A stretch of 64,000 bases of DNA. It comes from Desulfuromonadales bacterium. GTDB lineage: Bacteria; Desulfobacterota; Desulfuromonadia; Desulfuromonadales; JACZKF01. The stretch spans positions 25,479-89,478 of the forward strand of contig JARFUG010000003.1 in the NCBI GenBank assembly GCA_029289095.1, in the 5' to 3' direction. Each line of letters begins with the position of its first letter. Position 1 is the stretch's first letter. This document shows positions 23,487-32,881 of the stretch, piece by piece. The notes below the pieces were generated by a model, which was not told the DNA's origin, did not search any database, and saw nothing but the letters and a program-made list of their open reading frames with translations. A program made the position numbers and the translations under genes.

Positions 23487-25318
23487 CTGTCCAGATCCTC
23501 CGTACGCCAGGTGCTGACGATATTGTCCTCCAGCCAGGGGTAGGATCCCTCCAGAATCTGCCGGGCAGTGCGATAGACGAAGTCGTCGTCATTGCTGTAC
23601 ACACCGTGGTGCAGCTCATCGACCCGTCGCCTGGCTGCGCGGCAGAAAAGATCGGCCAGCCTCTCGGAGCCGGCCGGCGCCTGCGGCGAGGAGGCCCGGG
23701 AGAGGACCGCCGCCATGGCGAAGAGTTCGGCGCCGGCATCGACCAGACGGGCCAACAGGAGCTGTTTTTTCTGCAGCCCCTCGCGGTGCCGGACGATCAT
23801 ATGGAAGAGGTCCCGCGCCAGGCGTCGGGAGGCGCGCTCGACGTAGCGCATGTGCCCCTCCAGCCTGGGATGGAGCCGAACATCCTCTTTCCCCCGGCCC
23901 GGAATCCACAGCGGAGGGTACCAGGAGGCGTAGAATTTTGCCGCATCTCCATAGTGAACTTGCTGCGCCGTGGCAGTGACTCCGGCGGTGCGCATATGTG
24001 GATCGAGGGCTTCGCGGGCGATGAACAGACGCATGATCTCGCTCGTTCCCTCGATGATGAGGTTGATGCGAGCATCGCGCAGAAGGCGCTCCATCGGCAT
24101 GGGCGTCTCCCTGCGCCCCCGCAGCGAGTCGGCCGTTTCGTATCCTCTCCCCCCCCGCACCTGCACTCCGTCATCGGCGGCCCGCCACAGCGCCTCGCTG
24201 CAGAAGAGCTTGGCCATCGCCGCCTCCAGCCGAATATCCGTCTCTCCGCGATCCGCCATGGCGGAAGTGAGCCATGTGAGGCTCTCCACGGCGTAGAGAT
24301 CTGCCGCCATCGAGGCGATCTTTGCGGCCACCGCCTCATGGCGTCCTACCGGGGCTCCCCACTGGGTGCGCTCGTTGGCCCACTCGCGGCTCATGGCGAG
24401 GATCTGCTTCATCGCCCCGCCACAGGCCGCCGGCAGCGTGAGGCGTCCGGTGTTGAGGGTGATCAGGGCAAGGCGAAGGCCGTCGCCGCGCCGGCCCAGC
24501 ATGTTCTGCGCAGGCACGCGCACGTTTTCAAATTTCAGCAGACCGTTCCGGATCCCCTTCAGTCCCATGAAGTCGCAGCGATGCGCGGTCGAGAGGCCGG
24601 GAGAATCCCCCTCCACGATGAAGGCTGTAATCTCGGGGCGCTCTATTTCCGGCGCGTTCGTGCGGGCCATGACGATCATCAGTTCCGCCTCGGGACCGTT
24701 GCTGATCCAGAGCTTCTCTCCTGAGATGAGCCACGCCGCACCGTCCTCGGTCGGAACCGCCTGCGTCGTCATCTTGGACGGGTCGGACCCGACCCCCGGC
24801 TCGGTCAGGGCGAAAGCGCTCATCGCCCCGCGGGCCAGACGCGGCAGGTATTTTTCCTTCTGCTCATCGGTCCCGAAGAGCTTGAGCGGTTGGGGGACGC
24901 CGATGCTCTGGTGCGCCGAGAGCATGACGGCCGTCGAGGCGCAGTGACTCCCCACCAGTTGGATGATGCGGTTGTAGTTCACCTGCGACATCCCCAACCC
25001 GCCGTACTCCTTGGGGATCTTGATGCCGAAAAGACCCATCGCGCGAAGGGCCTCGGTCACTTCCGGGGGGATCTCCTTTTGTGCATCGATGCGGTCGGCA
25101 TCGACCTTTGCGGCCAGAAAGGTCTTGAGCTCCGCCAGAACGGCGTCCCCAACCTTTCGGTCGTCTTGATCCTGTTCGGGATAGGGGAAAATCAGCTCCG
25201 AATGGACCCTCCCCATAAAAAGCTCGCCGACGAAGCTGGGCCGTCTCCACTCGGTCTCCCGAGCCGATTCAGCCACCTCGAGGGAACGCGTTTCTTCCGT
25301 AGCCTGAGAACGAGTCAT
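23483..25318 (-). CDS. long-form acyl-CoA dehydrogenase
   Basis: Roughly 610 aa with ACAD N, middle and C-terminal domains plus a C-terminal extension. The start is placed at the ATG at 25318, behind GGAGG, rather than at the track start 25381. Confidence 0.85.
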   Translation of the reverse strand: MTRSQATEETRSLEVAESARETEWRRPSFVGELFMGRVHSELIFPYPEQDQDDRKVGDAVLAELKTFLAAKVDADRIDAQKEIPPEVTEALRAMGLFGIKIPKEYGGLGMSQVNYNRIIQLVGSHCASTAVMLSAHQSIGVPQPLKLFGTDEQKEKYLPRLARGAMSAFALTEPGVGSDPSKMTTQAVPTEDGAAWLISGEKLWISNGPEAELMIVMARTNAPEIERPEITAFIVEGDSPGLSTAHRCDFMGLKGIRNGLLKFENVRVPAQNMLGRRGDGLRLALITLNTGRLTLPAACGGAMKQILAMSREWANERTQWGAPVGRHEAVAAKIASMAADLYAVESLTWLTSAMADRGETDIRLEAAMAKLFCSEALWRAADDGVQVRGGRGYETADSLRGRRETPMPMERLLRDARINLIIEGTSEIMRLFIAREALDPHMRTAGVTATAQQVHYGDAAKFYASWYPPLWIPGRGKEDVRLHPRLEGHMRYVERASRRLARDLFHMIVRHREGLQKKQLLLARLVDAGAELFAMAAVLSRASSPQAPAGSERLADLFCRAARRRVDELHHGVYSNDDDFVYRTARQILEGSYPWLEDNIVSTWRTEDLDR

Positions 25319-25584
25319 GAAAAACCTCCTGTGCAATGCAAAGCGATACCTTAATGATATCGGGTTTTTGGCGGAGTGCATTCATTCCAGAGTGATTCTC
25401 ACTTCCCCTAAAGAGAGCGGCAGAGCAAATTACATCTTGCTAATCCATTCATCCTGAAGGTAAAAAAACGTCCCCGGTATGACAAAAAAAGGCATCCCAG
25501 CGGACTTTGCTGGCCTGACGTGGACAAGGGACCTGTAAATATCGGTAATTGCAAGAACGGATTATTTTCTAGTCCTTTCACGTC

Positions 25585-25601
25585 TTGGCTTGTTTATTGC
25601 T
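25585..25601 (+). promoter_or_regulatory. candidate sigma-54 promoter upstream of the OMP / Ig-repeat lipoprotein pair
   Basis: TTGGCTTGTTTATTGCT has GG and GC at the canonical 12-nt offset and TTGCT at -12. It lies about 90 nt upstream of the ATG at 25691. Confidence 0.4.
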
Positions 25602-25690
25602 GACACCTATACCATCTTAATCTTAATTATTGATCCCAAACCCCGACCGTGCTTTAATTGCGCAATTTTTAATCCAAGGAGGATTAACTT

Positions 25691-26428
25691 ATGAGGCGAA
25701 TTTTAATTTCAACAACTATCTTTCTACTTCTCAGTATCACACCTGTTTATGCCGGTCTTTTTGGACCCGCCCAGCCTCAGACTGCACCAGGTCAATTTTC
25801 CCTTGGATTCGGCTACACCCGTTATGCCGACGAGTGGAACTTTACCGATTTTCGAAATGGGGGCGCCTTAATTCCAGGAGGTATCACTGCCAAAGTTCGG
25901 CAAAATCAAATCTACTTGCAAGTGGATTTTGGTCTTTTCCGGAATTGGGAAGTTTATCTTCGCGGCGGCTTCGCCGATTTGGAAGTCGACAACATCATGA
26001 GAGGCGCCGACTTCAGTGACGGTCTGAACCCTTATGCCACCGGGGGCGTCAAGGGTCTTTTCGCCCGCGGGAGGCACTTTGATCTGGGAGGATTCGCGGA
26101 AGTGAGCTATTTTCACGAATTTTCCGACACATCCACCCAAGTGCGAAGATTCATTGTAGATGAAGCCATCGTCGTTAATGCCGGCTTTATTTTCCAAAGG
26201 GAAATCGAAGGCGCCCTCCTCTATGGAGGCCCTTTCTACCATTATCGGGAAGGAGATTACTGGTTTGTCTCCGACGCCCAGACTTTCAGAGGGACGGTTG
26301 AAGACGATTCGAATGTCGGCGGTTTCCTTGGAATTCGATGGATCGCCCTGGAGGACATCGTCATTAAAACTGAAGTTCAACTCCGAAACAGACTTTCAGC
26401 TGGTGCATCGATTTCTCTGGTCTTTTAA
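25691..26428 (+). CDS. small outer-membrane beta-barrel protein
   Basis: Signal peptide MRRILISTTIFLLLSITPVYA, alternating amphipathic strands, and a C-terminal aromatic residue (..ASISLVF). Strong SD AAGGAGG. Confidence 0.65.
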   Translation: MRRILISTTIFLLLSITPVYAGLFGPAQPQTAPGQFSLGFGYTRYADEWNFTDFRNGGALIPGGITAKVRQNQIYLQVDFGLFRNWEVYLRGGFADLEVDNIMRGADFSDGLNPYATGGVKGLFARGRHFDLGGFAEVSYFHEFSDTSTQVRRFIVDEAIVVNAGFIFQREIEGALLYGGPFYHYREGDYWFVSDAQTFRGTVEDDSNVGGFLGIRWIALEDIVIKTEVQLRNRLSAGASISLVF

Positions 26429-26452
26429 TAGTTGAACTTTGGGGAGGGTAGT

Positions 26453-29400
26453 ATGAAAACAATCGCAAAGCTGCTCACTATTCTTATGCTTCTCGGGATT
26501 TATGCCTGTGGGGGAGGTGGTGCGGACCCCTCGGAAGTCTTTGACCCTGGACCCGGCTCCGGCATAACTCCGGGCGGAGATGATGGCAACATCCAGGATC
26601 CTGTCAACACTACGGTGGGCGCCATCGTACTTGCTGGGTATTTCAACAACCAACTGGTTGCCTTCGGCTCCGATCCCACCAATAACAACGCTCGATCCTA
26701 CGGTCTTATTCGAGCCACGGTGCGGAACACCAGCAACGAACCTCTGGCAAATCAGACCATTAACTTTTCCGCTCTCTCCGGGAGCTTCAGTCCACAGCCT
26801 TCGGCCGTGACCAACGAGTTCGGCGTAGCCCAAATTTATCTGGTGGCTCCCGCCAATCTGGGGTCCGACAAGGTGTTCGCCTCCACGGGGGGAGTCATTT
26901 CCAACGAACTGCAGGTTACCTATATCAACGGCCCTCCTGCAAGCATCATCCTCGGAGCTTCACCCAATGCCGTCGGACCAGGTGGCAGTTCCACCATAAC
27001 CGCTTACCTTCGTGATGCAAACGGCTTTCCCGTTCCCAACCAGAACTGCACCTTCACCATATCGACGAATGCAACCGGAGATTCGGCCAATGTCAATCCG
27101 ATCATCGTCTCGAGTGATGGCACCGGCAGAGCAACAACACAGTATACGGCCGGTCCCGGAACCGGCACCGACGTCCTGACAGCCGCAGCAGGCGCCGCCA
27201 ACACGACTCAGGGCATCGTCGTCACCCAGGAAGCCACCTTCCTCCAAACCCTTGCACTTCAGACCGCCAGCTCCACCCTAGTGGCGAATGGCGTCGATTA
27301 CACAACTCTTACTGCGACCGTCAGGGACAACACAGGAAAGGCGCTGGAAGGCATCGCGGTTCTTTTTTCAACCACTCTCGGGACCGTCAAAGAGATCGGG
27401 GAGGCGGGATCCGGCAGTTCTAATGTCACTGTTTCCTCTGACACAAACGGCTTTGCGAGAGCCATTCTGGTCTCTTCTATTGCAACCGGTGAGGCTGAAA
27501 TCAAGGCCTCGGCCGGAGGATTATCGAATACCAGGGTGGTGTCCTACGTTCCTGGACCACCGGCCTCCGTCATCCTTCAATCCTTCCCCTCCACCGTCGC
27601 GCCCACCGGAACGGCGACCCTGACGGCCATTGTAAAGGATGAAAACAACCATCCTGTTTCCGGCAGAAAAGTGGCCTTCGAATTTCTCAGTAAAGGGAGC
27701 GGCAATCCGGCCCTCAGCGCCATCGAGGTCACGACGAACATCATTGGCGAGGCCACGGTCACGTACACAGCCGGGATACAGTCTGGAACCGATTCGATCC
27801 GGGCTCGCGCTCTGACCAACAATACCTCCAGCGCCCCGCATCAAATCACCGTTTCTGCTGATACCAGCACCGGTGTGGTCAACTCCATCACTCTGACCGC
27901 AGGAGCTCAGTCGATCGTTGCGGACGGCCAAAGCGAAACCGCCATCCGAGCCACTGTCCGCGATACCCTCGGAAAGCCGGCTGCCGGTTTTCAGGTCGAT
28001 TTCACTGCCACTGCCGGCAATCTTGTCGGCGGAGATGTCAGTCCTTCATCTGCGACCACCGACACCAACGGAGTCGCCGAAGTCAGGCTCAAATCGGCAT
28101 CCTCTCTCGGCACGGCTCTTATTATCGGCACGGTTCAAGGTTTCAGCCATTCCACTTCGGTCAAATTCGTCCCCGGACCGGTTGCCGCAATTTTCCTCAA
28201 CGCCAGCCCTTCCGAGCTCGGCGCTGGAGGACAAGCCACCGTCACGGCGACAGTGACAGACGCCAAAGGAAATCCCGTTTCGGGTGAGACGGTTCAATTT
28301 TACTTTGCTGATTTTAGTGCCAATGAGAGCGGCGCCGTTCTCAGCAATGCCATCGGGACCACAGACAACAACGGAAGGTTCAGCATTCTCTACACGGCCG
28401 GACAAATCGCAGGCACAACCGATACGATTTCGGCCAGATCCACCAACGACACAAACAACTCCACGGAAATCACGATAGGAACGGCTGTTTCCAATATCGC
28501 ATCTCTCAATCTTGTTGCTGCCAGCCCCTCGATATCAGCCGACGGGAACAGCACCAGCCTCATCCAGGCAACGGTCACCGGCACTGACGGGCAGCCGAAA
28601 TCCGGCGTTTCCGTCACCTTCGCCACCACTCAGGGGGGTCTTTCCTCCACATCCGCGCCCACGGAGGCCAACGGCGTCGCCTCGGTAATGCTGACTTCCG
28701 CGGCAAAACCCGGCGTTGCGACAGTGACCGCTTCCACCGGCGGATTTACCAAAGAGGTCCAGGTTGCCTTCGTACCTGGAGGGGCGGATGCAGACAAATC
28801 CAGCATTACAGCCTCCCCCAGCACACTCCCGCCGGACGGCGCTTCCACCACCGAAATTACGGTCGTTCTCGTCGATGCCGTCGGGAATCTGGTCTCCAAC
28901 GGAACCCCCGTCACTCTTTACAGTTCTAAAGGGACCATCATCAGTGCAAATCCGACCACAACATCCTCGGGGCGGGCCCTCTTTACGCTACAGGCGCCTT
29001 CCGTTCAGGGCACGACTACCCTGACTGTGGCGGAAGTGGGGGGCCTGGAAGGGACGATCACCTTCGGCACCAGCTCTACCGGAGATCCGGCCAACATCCT
29101 CCTCTCGGTCGCCAACCCCACCATTTTTGTTGCTGGAGTCGGCCAGAAAGAGAACACAACCGTTACCATACAGATCCAGGAAGCCAACGGCACACCCATT
29201 GATGAAAATCTCTTCTCCGGCAATACAGCGCGCGTCTCATTCATTACCAGCCCAGGGGGAGGAGAATATATCTCCGGGATGAATGCGGCCGGTCAGATCG
29301 TTGCCGCTCTTCCGGGAAGCAGCATCGACGTGGTTACTACCGGAGGTTCCGCCTCTCTCAATTTACAGGCCGGAATACTTCCGGGACCGGTGGAGATCCG

Positions 29401-30673
29401 GGTAGAGGCTCTGGGAACCGACGGAGCCCCCCTGAGTCCACCGGTTGTGGCTTCCCTGCCGCAGGTCAACATCGCTTCAGGGCCGCCGCATACGATCAAA
29501 CTGTCGCATCCGATGACTAATTCGGTCATCGACCTCAATAACGTAACTTCTCTTCCGGCGAACTGGGAACGCGTTCCCGGCTTCTATCGACGAGTCGGCG
29601 GCGCTTCAGTTACCGATCGTTACGGAAATGATGTTCCTGACGGCACCATTATCAATCTAGGACTGGTTGATTCTGTGATCACCATGGGTACAACAGGCTG
29701 GACGGCCAGCGGTTCAGGCACTCTGACTGATCCCAGTGGTGATTTCCTGGGAGATTTCATAATTCGGAACAATGCCCCCAGGTACATTCAAAACAACGAC
29801 CGCATACTGGTTCTGAATGCTCAGTCGGAGGATAAAAGCAGGTTTGTCACCGAAAATACGACCAGAACCGCAACTACCATAAAGACAAATGCCAGCTACA
29901 GCACTGCCGCCAATAGTCTTCACTATGTCGTTGGGGCCTCTCTCCAGGGGGCCTACATCTCTGGTGAAGACGAAGAAGGAAATCTTACGAAGGGTACGGC
30001 TAAGGTCAAAAGTGGCACTGCCAAATTCTGGGTTACCTACCCGGCCAATGCCGGAACCATTCTTAACGGCTGTTATCGTTACTTCGGAGCCGGACCCGAC
30101 AGCTACTTCAAGGGCGACGTTCGTTTTTACCCACCTGAATCTGCGCAGGTGTACGTTGTGGCTTCAACCAGTAACAACGGTGCGGCTACCGTGGATCGTG
30201 GCACCTTCTGCTTTGCTTCAATTGCTGGTGACGGTGGTGGCGAGTCAGGCACCTTGACGCCCACCCCTTCTACTCTTCAGGCCAGAGCCCCAGGAAGCCA
30301 ATATGTCACATTGATCCTCCAGGATGGGGGAGATGGTGTACTTCTCCCGTTCTGGCCGATAGTTTCTATGGTTTACTATGATCAATTGGGAACCTATGAT
30401 GCCTGCAGTGATTCAAGCCACAATACTAGGGCTACCTGCGAGGCGGCTGCCTTCCAATGGCAAACTGGGCTGAAGAGCGACTTCAACGTTAGCGTTGATC
30501 TCAGCTATAACGGAGGCACAATTGGCAATGAGGGGTTGACAGATATAAATGGCCGTTTTGTGGCTGAAGTCTTGGTCACTGGCGACAATATGGTCAGCGG
30601 CGACAAAGCTACCATCACTTTTCTTGCAAATGGAACAACCGTTTCGACCCAGGTTACGGTCGAGGTTCCATAA
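26453..30673 (+). CDS. giant surface lipoprotein with about eight bacterial Ig-like (Big_1/invasin-type) domains and a roughly 530-aa C-terminal region of unknown fold
   Basis: Lipoprotein signal MKTIAKLLTILMLLGIYAC. Repeated modules of the type ..SIVADGQSETAIRATVRDTLGKPAAGFQVDFTATAG... The start is placed at the ATG at 26453 after GGGGAGGG. Confidence 0.8.
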   Translation: MKTIAKLLTILMLLGIYACGGGGADPSEVFDPGPGSGITPGGDDGNIQDPVNTTVGAIVLAGYFNNQLVAFGSDPTNNNARSYGLIRATVRNTSNEPLANQTINFSALSGSFSPQPSAVTNEFGVAQIYLVAPANLGSDKVFASTGGVISNELQVTYINGPPASIILGASPNAVGPGGSSTITAYLRDANGFPVPNQNCTFTISTNATGDSANVNPIIVSSDGTGRATTQYTAGPGTGTDVLTAAAGAANTTQGIVVTQEATFLQTLALQTASSTLVANGVDYTTLTATVRDNTGKALEGIAVLFSTTLGTVKEIGEAGSGSSNVTVSSDTNGFARAILVSSIATGEAEIKASAGGLSNTRVVSYVPGPPASVILQSFPSTVAPTGTATLTAIVKDENNHPVSGRKVAFEFLSKGSGNPALSAIEVTTNIIGEATVTYTAGIQSGTDSIRARALTNNTSSAPHQITVSADTSTGVVNSITLTAGAQSIVADGQSETAIRATVRDTLGKPAAGFQVDFTATAGNLVGGDVSPSSATTDTNGVAEVRLKSASSLGTALIIGTVQGFSHSTSVKFVPGPVAAIFLNASPSELGAGGQATVTATVTDAKGNPVSGETVQFYFADFSANESGAVLSNAIGTTDNNGRFSILYTAGQIAGTTDTISARSTNDTNNSTEITIGTAVSNIASLNLVAASPSISADGNSTSLIQATVTGTDGQPKSGVSVTFATTQGGLSSTSAPTEANGVASVMLTSAAKPGVATVTASTGGFTKEVQVAFVPGGADADKSSITASPSTLPPDGASTTEITVVLVDAVGNLVSNGTPVTLYSSKGTIISANPTTTSSGRALFTLQAPSVQGTTTLTVAEVGGLEGTITFGTSSTGDPANILLSVANPTIFVAGVGQKENTTVTIQIQEANGTPIDENLFSGNTARVSFITSPGGGEYISGMNAAGQIVAALPGSSIDVVTTGGSASLNLQAGILPGPVEIRVEALGTDGAPLSPPVVASLPQVNIASGPPHTIKLSHPMTNSVIDLNNVTSLPANWERVPGFYRRVGGASVTDRYGNDVPDGTIINLGLVDSVITMGTTGWTASGSGTLTDPSGDFLGDFIIRNNAPRYIQNNDRILVLNAQSEDKSRFVTENTTRTATTIKTNASYSTAANSLHYVVGASLQGAYISGEDEEGNLTKGTAKVKSGTAKFWVTYPANAGTILNGCYRYFGAGPDSYFKGDVRFYPPESAQVYVVASTSNNGAATVDRGTFCFASIAGDGGGESGTLTPTPSTLQARAPGSQYVTLILQDGGDGVLLPFWPIVSMVYYDQLGTYDACSDSSHNTRATCEAAAFQWQTGLKSDFNVSVDLSYNGGTIGNEGLTDINGRFVAEVLVTGDNMVSGDKATITFLANGTTVSTQVTVEVP
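26615..29068 (+). repeat. intragenic array of Ig-like modules; two module types alternate with a period of about 206-208 aa (about 620 bp)
   Basis: Type-A modules start at aa 168, 376 and 582 (PPASIIL / PPASVIL / PVAAIFL). Type-B modules start near aa 62, 275, 484, 690 and 790. The repeats are divergent at DNA level. Confidence 0.6.
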
Positions 30674-30694
30674 CCCTTAGGACGTAACCCTCAA

Positions 30695-30735
30695 AAGAAA
30701 AAAGCCCCTGGAAATTCTCCAGGGGCTTTTTTTCT
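30695..30735. terminator. bidirectional intrinsic terminator between the lipoprotein gene and uvrB
   Basis: agcccctgga-aattc-tccaggggct hairpin flanked by aaaaaa and ttttttt. Confidence 0.75.
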
Positions 30736-30743
30736 ATAGCAGC

Positions 30744-32741
30744 TCAACCCACCGCCAACTCCCTCTTCTCCAACTCCAGCATCCGGTCGCGCAGCTCCGC
30801 CGCCTTTTCGAATTCGAGGGCGGCGGCCGCGGCGAGCATCTCTTTTTTCACCCGTGCGATCTCTTTTCGCAACTCGGCCGCAGAGCGGTATTCGGCGAGC
30901 TCCTCGGCCGCAAGCGGCAGCTCGACGTAGTCGCCGCGCTCGGCGATGTCCTCGAGGATGGAGCGAATCGACTTTCTGACCGTCTCCGGGGTGATGCCGT
31001 GGACGCGGTTATATTCGAGCTGGGCGGCTCTTCGCCGTCCTGTCTCGTCGAGGCACGCCTGCATGGAGCGGGTTATCCGGTCGGCGTACATGATGACCCG
31101 CCCGGAGACGTTTCTTGCGGCGCGCCCGCACGTCTGGATGAGGGAGCGCTCTGAACGAAGGAATCCCTCCTTGTCGGCGTCGAGGATCGCCACCAGGGCG
31201 ACCTCGGGGATGTCGAGCCCCTCGCGCAACAGGTTGATCCCGACGAGGACGTCGAATTTTCCCTGGCGAAGGTCCCGGATGATCTCGACGCGCTGCACGG
31301 TGTCGATATCCGAGTGGAGGTAGCGCACCTTGATCCCGAGTTCGTCCAGATAGCCGGTGAGGTCCTCGGCCATACGCTTGGTGAGGGTCGTGACAAGGAC
31401 GCGCGCCCCCTCTCTGACCGTCTCGCGGATCTCGTGGATGAGGTCGTCGACCTGCTCCCGGGCGGAGCGAACCTCGATGGGGGGATCGAGGAGGCCGGTG
31501 GGGCGCACGATCTGCTCGACGACAACCCCTTGCGCCTTCTTCAATTCGTAGTCGGCCGGGGTCGCCGAGACGTAGACGGTCTGAAGCCTTTTCGCCTCGA
31601 ACTCCTCGAAAGTGAGGGGGCGGTTGTCTAGAGCCGAGGGGATGCGAAATCCGTAGTTGACGAGCGTCTCCTTGCGGGATCGGTCGCCGCGGTACATGGC
31701 GCCAACCTGGGAGACCGTGACGTGGCTCTCGTCGATGAAGAGAAGGGCATCCTTGGGGAAGTAATCGAAGAGGGTGGCCGGAGGCTCGCCGACGCGGCGC
31801 CCGTCGAGAAAGCGCGAGTAGTTCTCGATTCCCTGGCAGTACCCCATCTCCTCCATCATTTCGATGTCGAAAAGGGTGCGCTGCTCCAGGCGTTGCGCCT
31901 CCACGAGCATCCCACGGCTGTGGAAATACTGCAGGCGCTCGCGCAGCTCGTCCTGGATCTCGCGGATCGCCCGATCGAGAGTGGGGCGTGTGGCGACATA
32001 GTGGCTTGCCGGGAAGATGGCGGTGCGGGGGATGCGGTCGATGACCTTGCCGCGCACCGGGTCGATTTCGCTGATCGCCTCGATCTCGTCGCCGAAGAAC
32101 TCGAGCCGGATCGCCCGTTTGTCCTCGTAGGGAGGGAAGATCTCGACGGTGTCGCCGCGCACCCGGAATGAACCGCGGTGAAAATCGACGTCGTTGCGCT
32201 CGTACTGGATCTCCACCAGGTGGCGCAGAAGGGCGTTTCGCTCGAGCTCCATCCCTTCCTCGACCCGGGCGAGCATCCCGTAGTAGGCCTCGGGCGACCC
32301 GATGCCGTAAATGCACGAGACCGAGGCGACGATGAGGACGTCGCGGCGCGACAGGAGAGAGCGCGTGGCGCTGTGTCGCAGCTTGTCGATCTCCTCGTTG
32401 ATGGAGGAGTCCTTCTCGATGTAGGTGTCGGTGACCGGGACGTACGCCTCGGGCTGGTAGTAGTCGTAGTAGGAGACGAAGTATTCGACGGCGTTGTCGG
32501 GAAAAAGTTCCTTGAATTCGCCGTAGAGCTGGGCGGCGAGGGTCTTGTTGTGCGCAAGGACGAGGGTGGGACGCTGAACCTCGGCCACCACGTTGGCCAT
32601 GGTGAAGGTCTTCCCCGAGCCGGTGACGCCTAGCAAAACCTGGGCCTCGTCCCCCCGCCGAATCCCTTCGACGAGCTCCCGGATCGCCGCCGGCTGGTCG
32701 CCGCGGGGAGTGTAAGACGATCGGATCTCGAATCGTGCCAT
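30744..32741 (-). CDS. uvrB: excinuclease ABC subunit B
   Basis: 665 aa with [22 protein letters not shown], helicase motifs, and the C-terminal UVR domain ([12 protein letters not shown]). Confidence 0.97.
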   Translation of the reverse strand: MARFEIRSSYTPRGDQPAAIRELVEGIRRGDEAQVLLGVTGSGKTFTMANVVAEVQRPTLVLAHNKTLAAQLYGEFKELFPDNAVEYFVSYYDYYQPEAYVPVTDTYIEKDSSINEEIDKLRHSATRSLLSRRDVLIVASVSCIYGIGSPEAYYGMLARVEEGMELERNALLRHLVEIQYERNDVDFHRGSFRVRGDTVEIFPPYEDKRAIRLEFFGDEIEAISEIDPVRGKVIDRIPRTAIFPASHYVATRPTLDRAIREIQDELRERLQYFHSRGMLVEAQRLEQRTLFDIEMMEEMGYCQGIENYSRFLDGRRVGEPPATLFDYFPKDALLFIDESHVTVSQVGAMYRGDRSRKETLVNYGFRIPSALDNRPLTFEEFEAKRLQTVYVSATPADYELKKAQGVVVEQIVRPTGLLDPPIEVRSAREQVDDLIHEIRETVREGARVLVTTLTKRMAEDLTGYLDELGIKVRYLHSDIDTVQRVEIIRDLRQGKFDVLVGINLLREGLDIPEVALVAILDADKEGFLRSERSLIQTCGRAARNVSGRVIMYADRITRSMQACLDETGRRRAAQLEYNRVHGITPETVRKSIRSILEDIAERGDYVELPLAAEELAEYRSAAELRKEIARVKKEMLAAAAALEFEKAAELRDRMLELEKRELAVG

Positions 32742-32753
32742 CTATCTACCTAT

Positions 32754-32790
32754 GAAAAGCGGGAGGGGCGCACCTCAGGCGCGCCCCTCC
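32754..32790 (-). terminator. intrinsic terminator downstream of cysS
   Basis: 10-bp GC stem ggaggggcgc/gcgcccctcc, followed on the minus strand by cgcttttc. Confidence 0.5.
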
Positions 32791-32881
32791 ATTATACAGC
32801 GATGGTCATATTCTCCGGCAACGGGTTACTCCGCCGGCAGAGACCTCATGCTTTTTCTCCCAACTCCCAACTCCTCACGGA

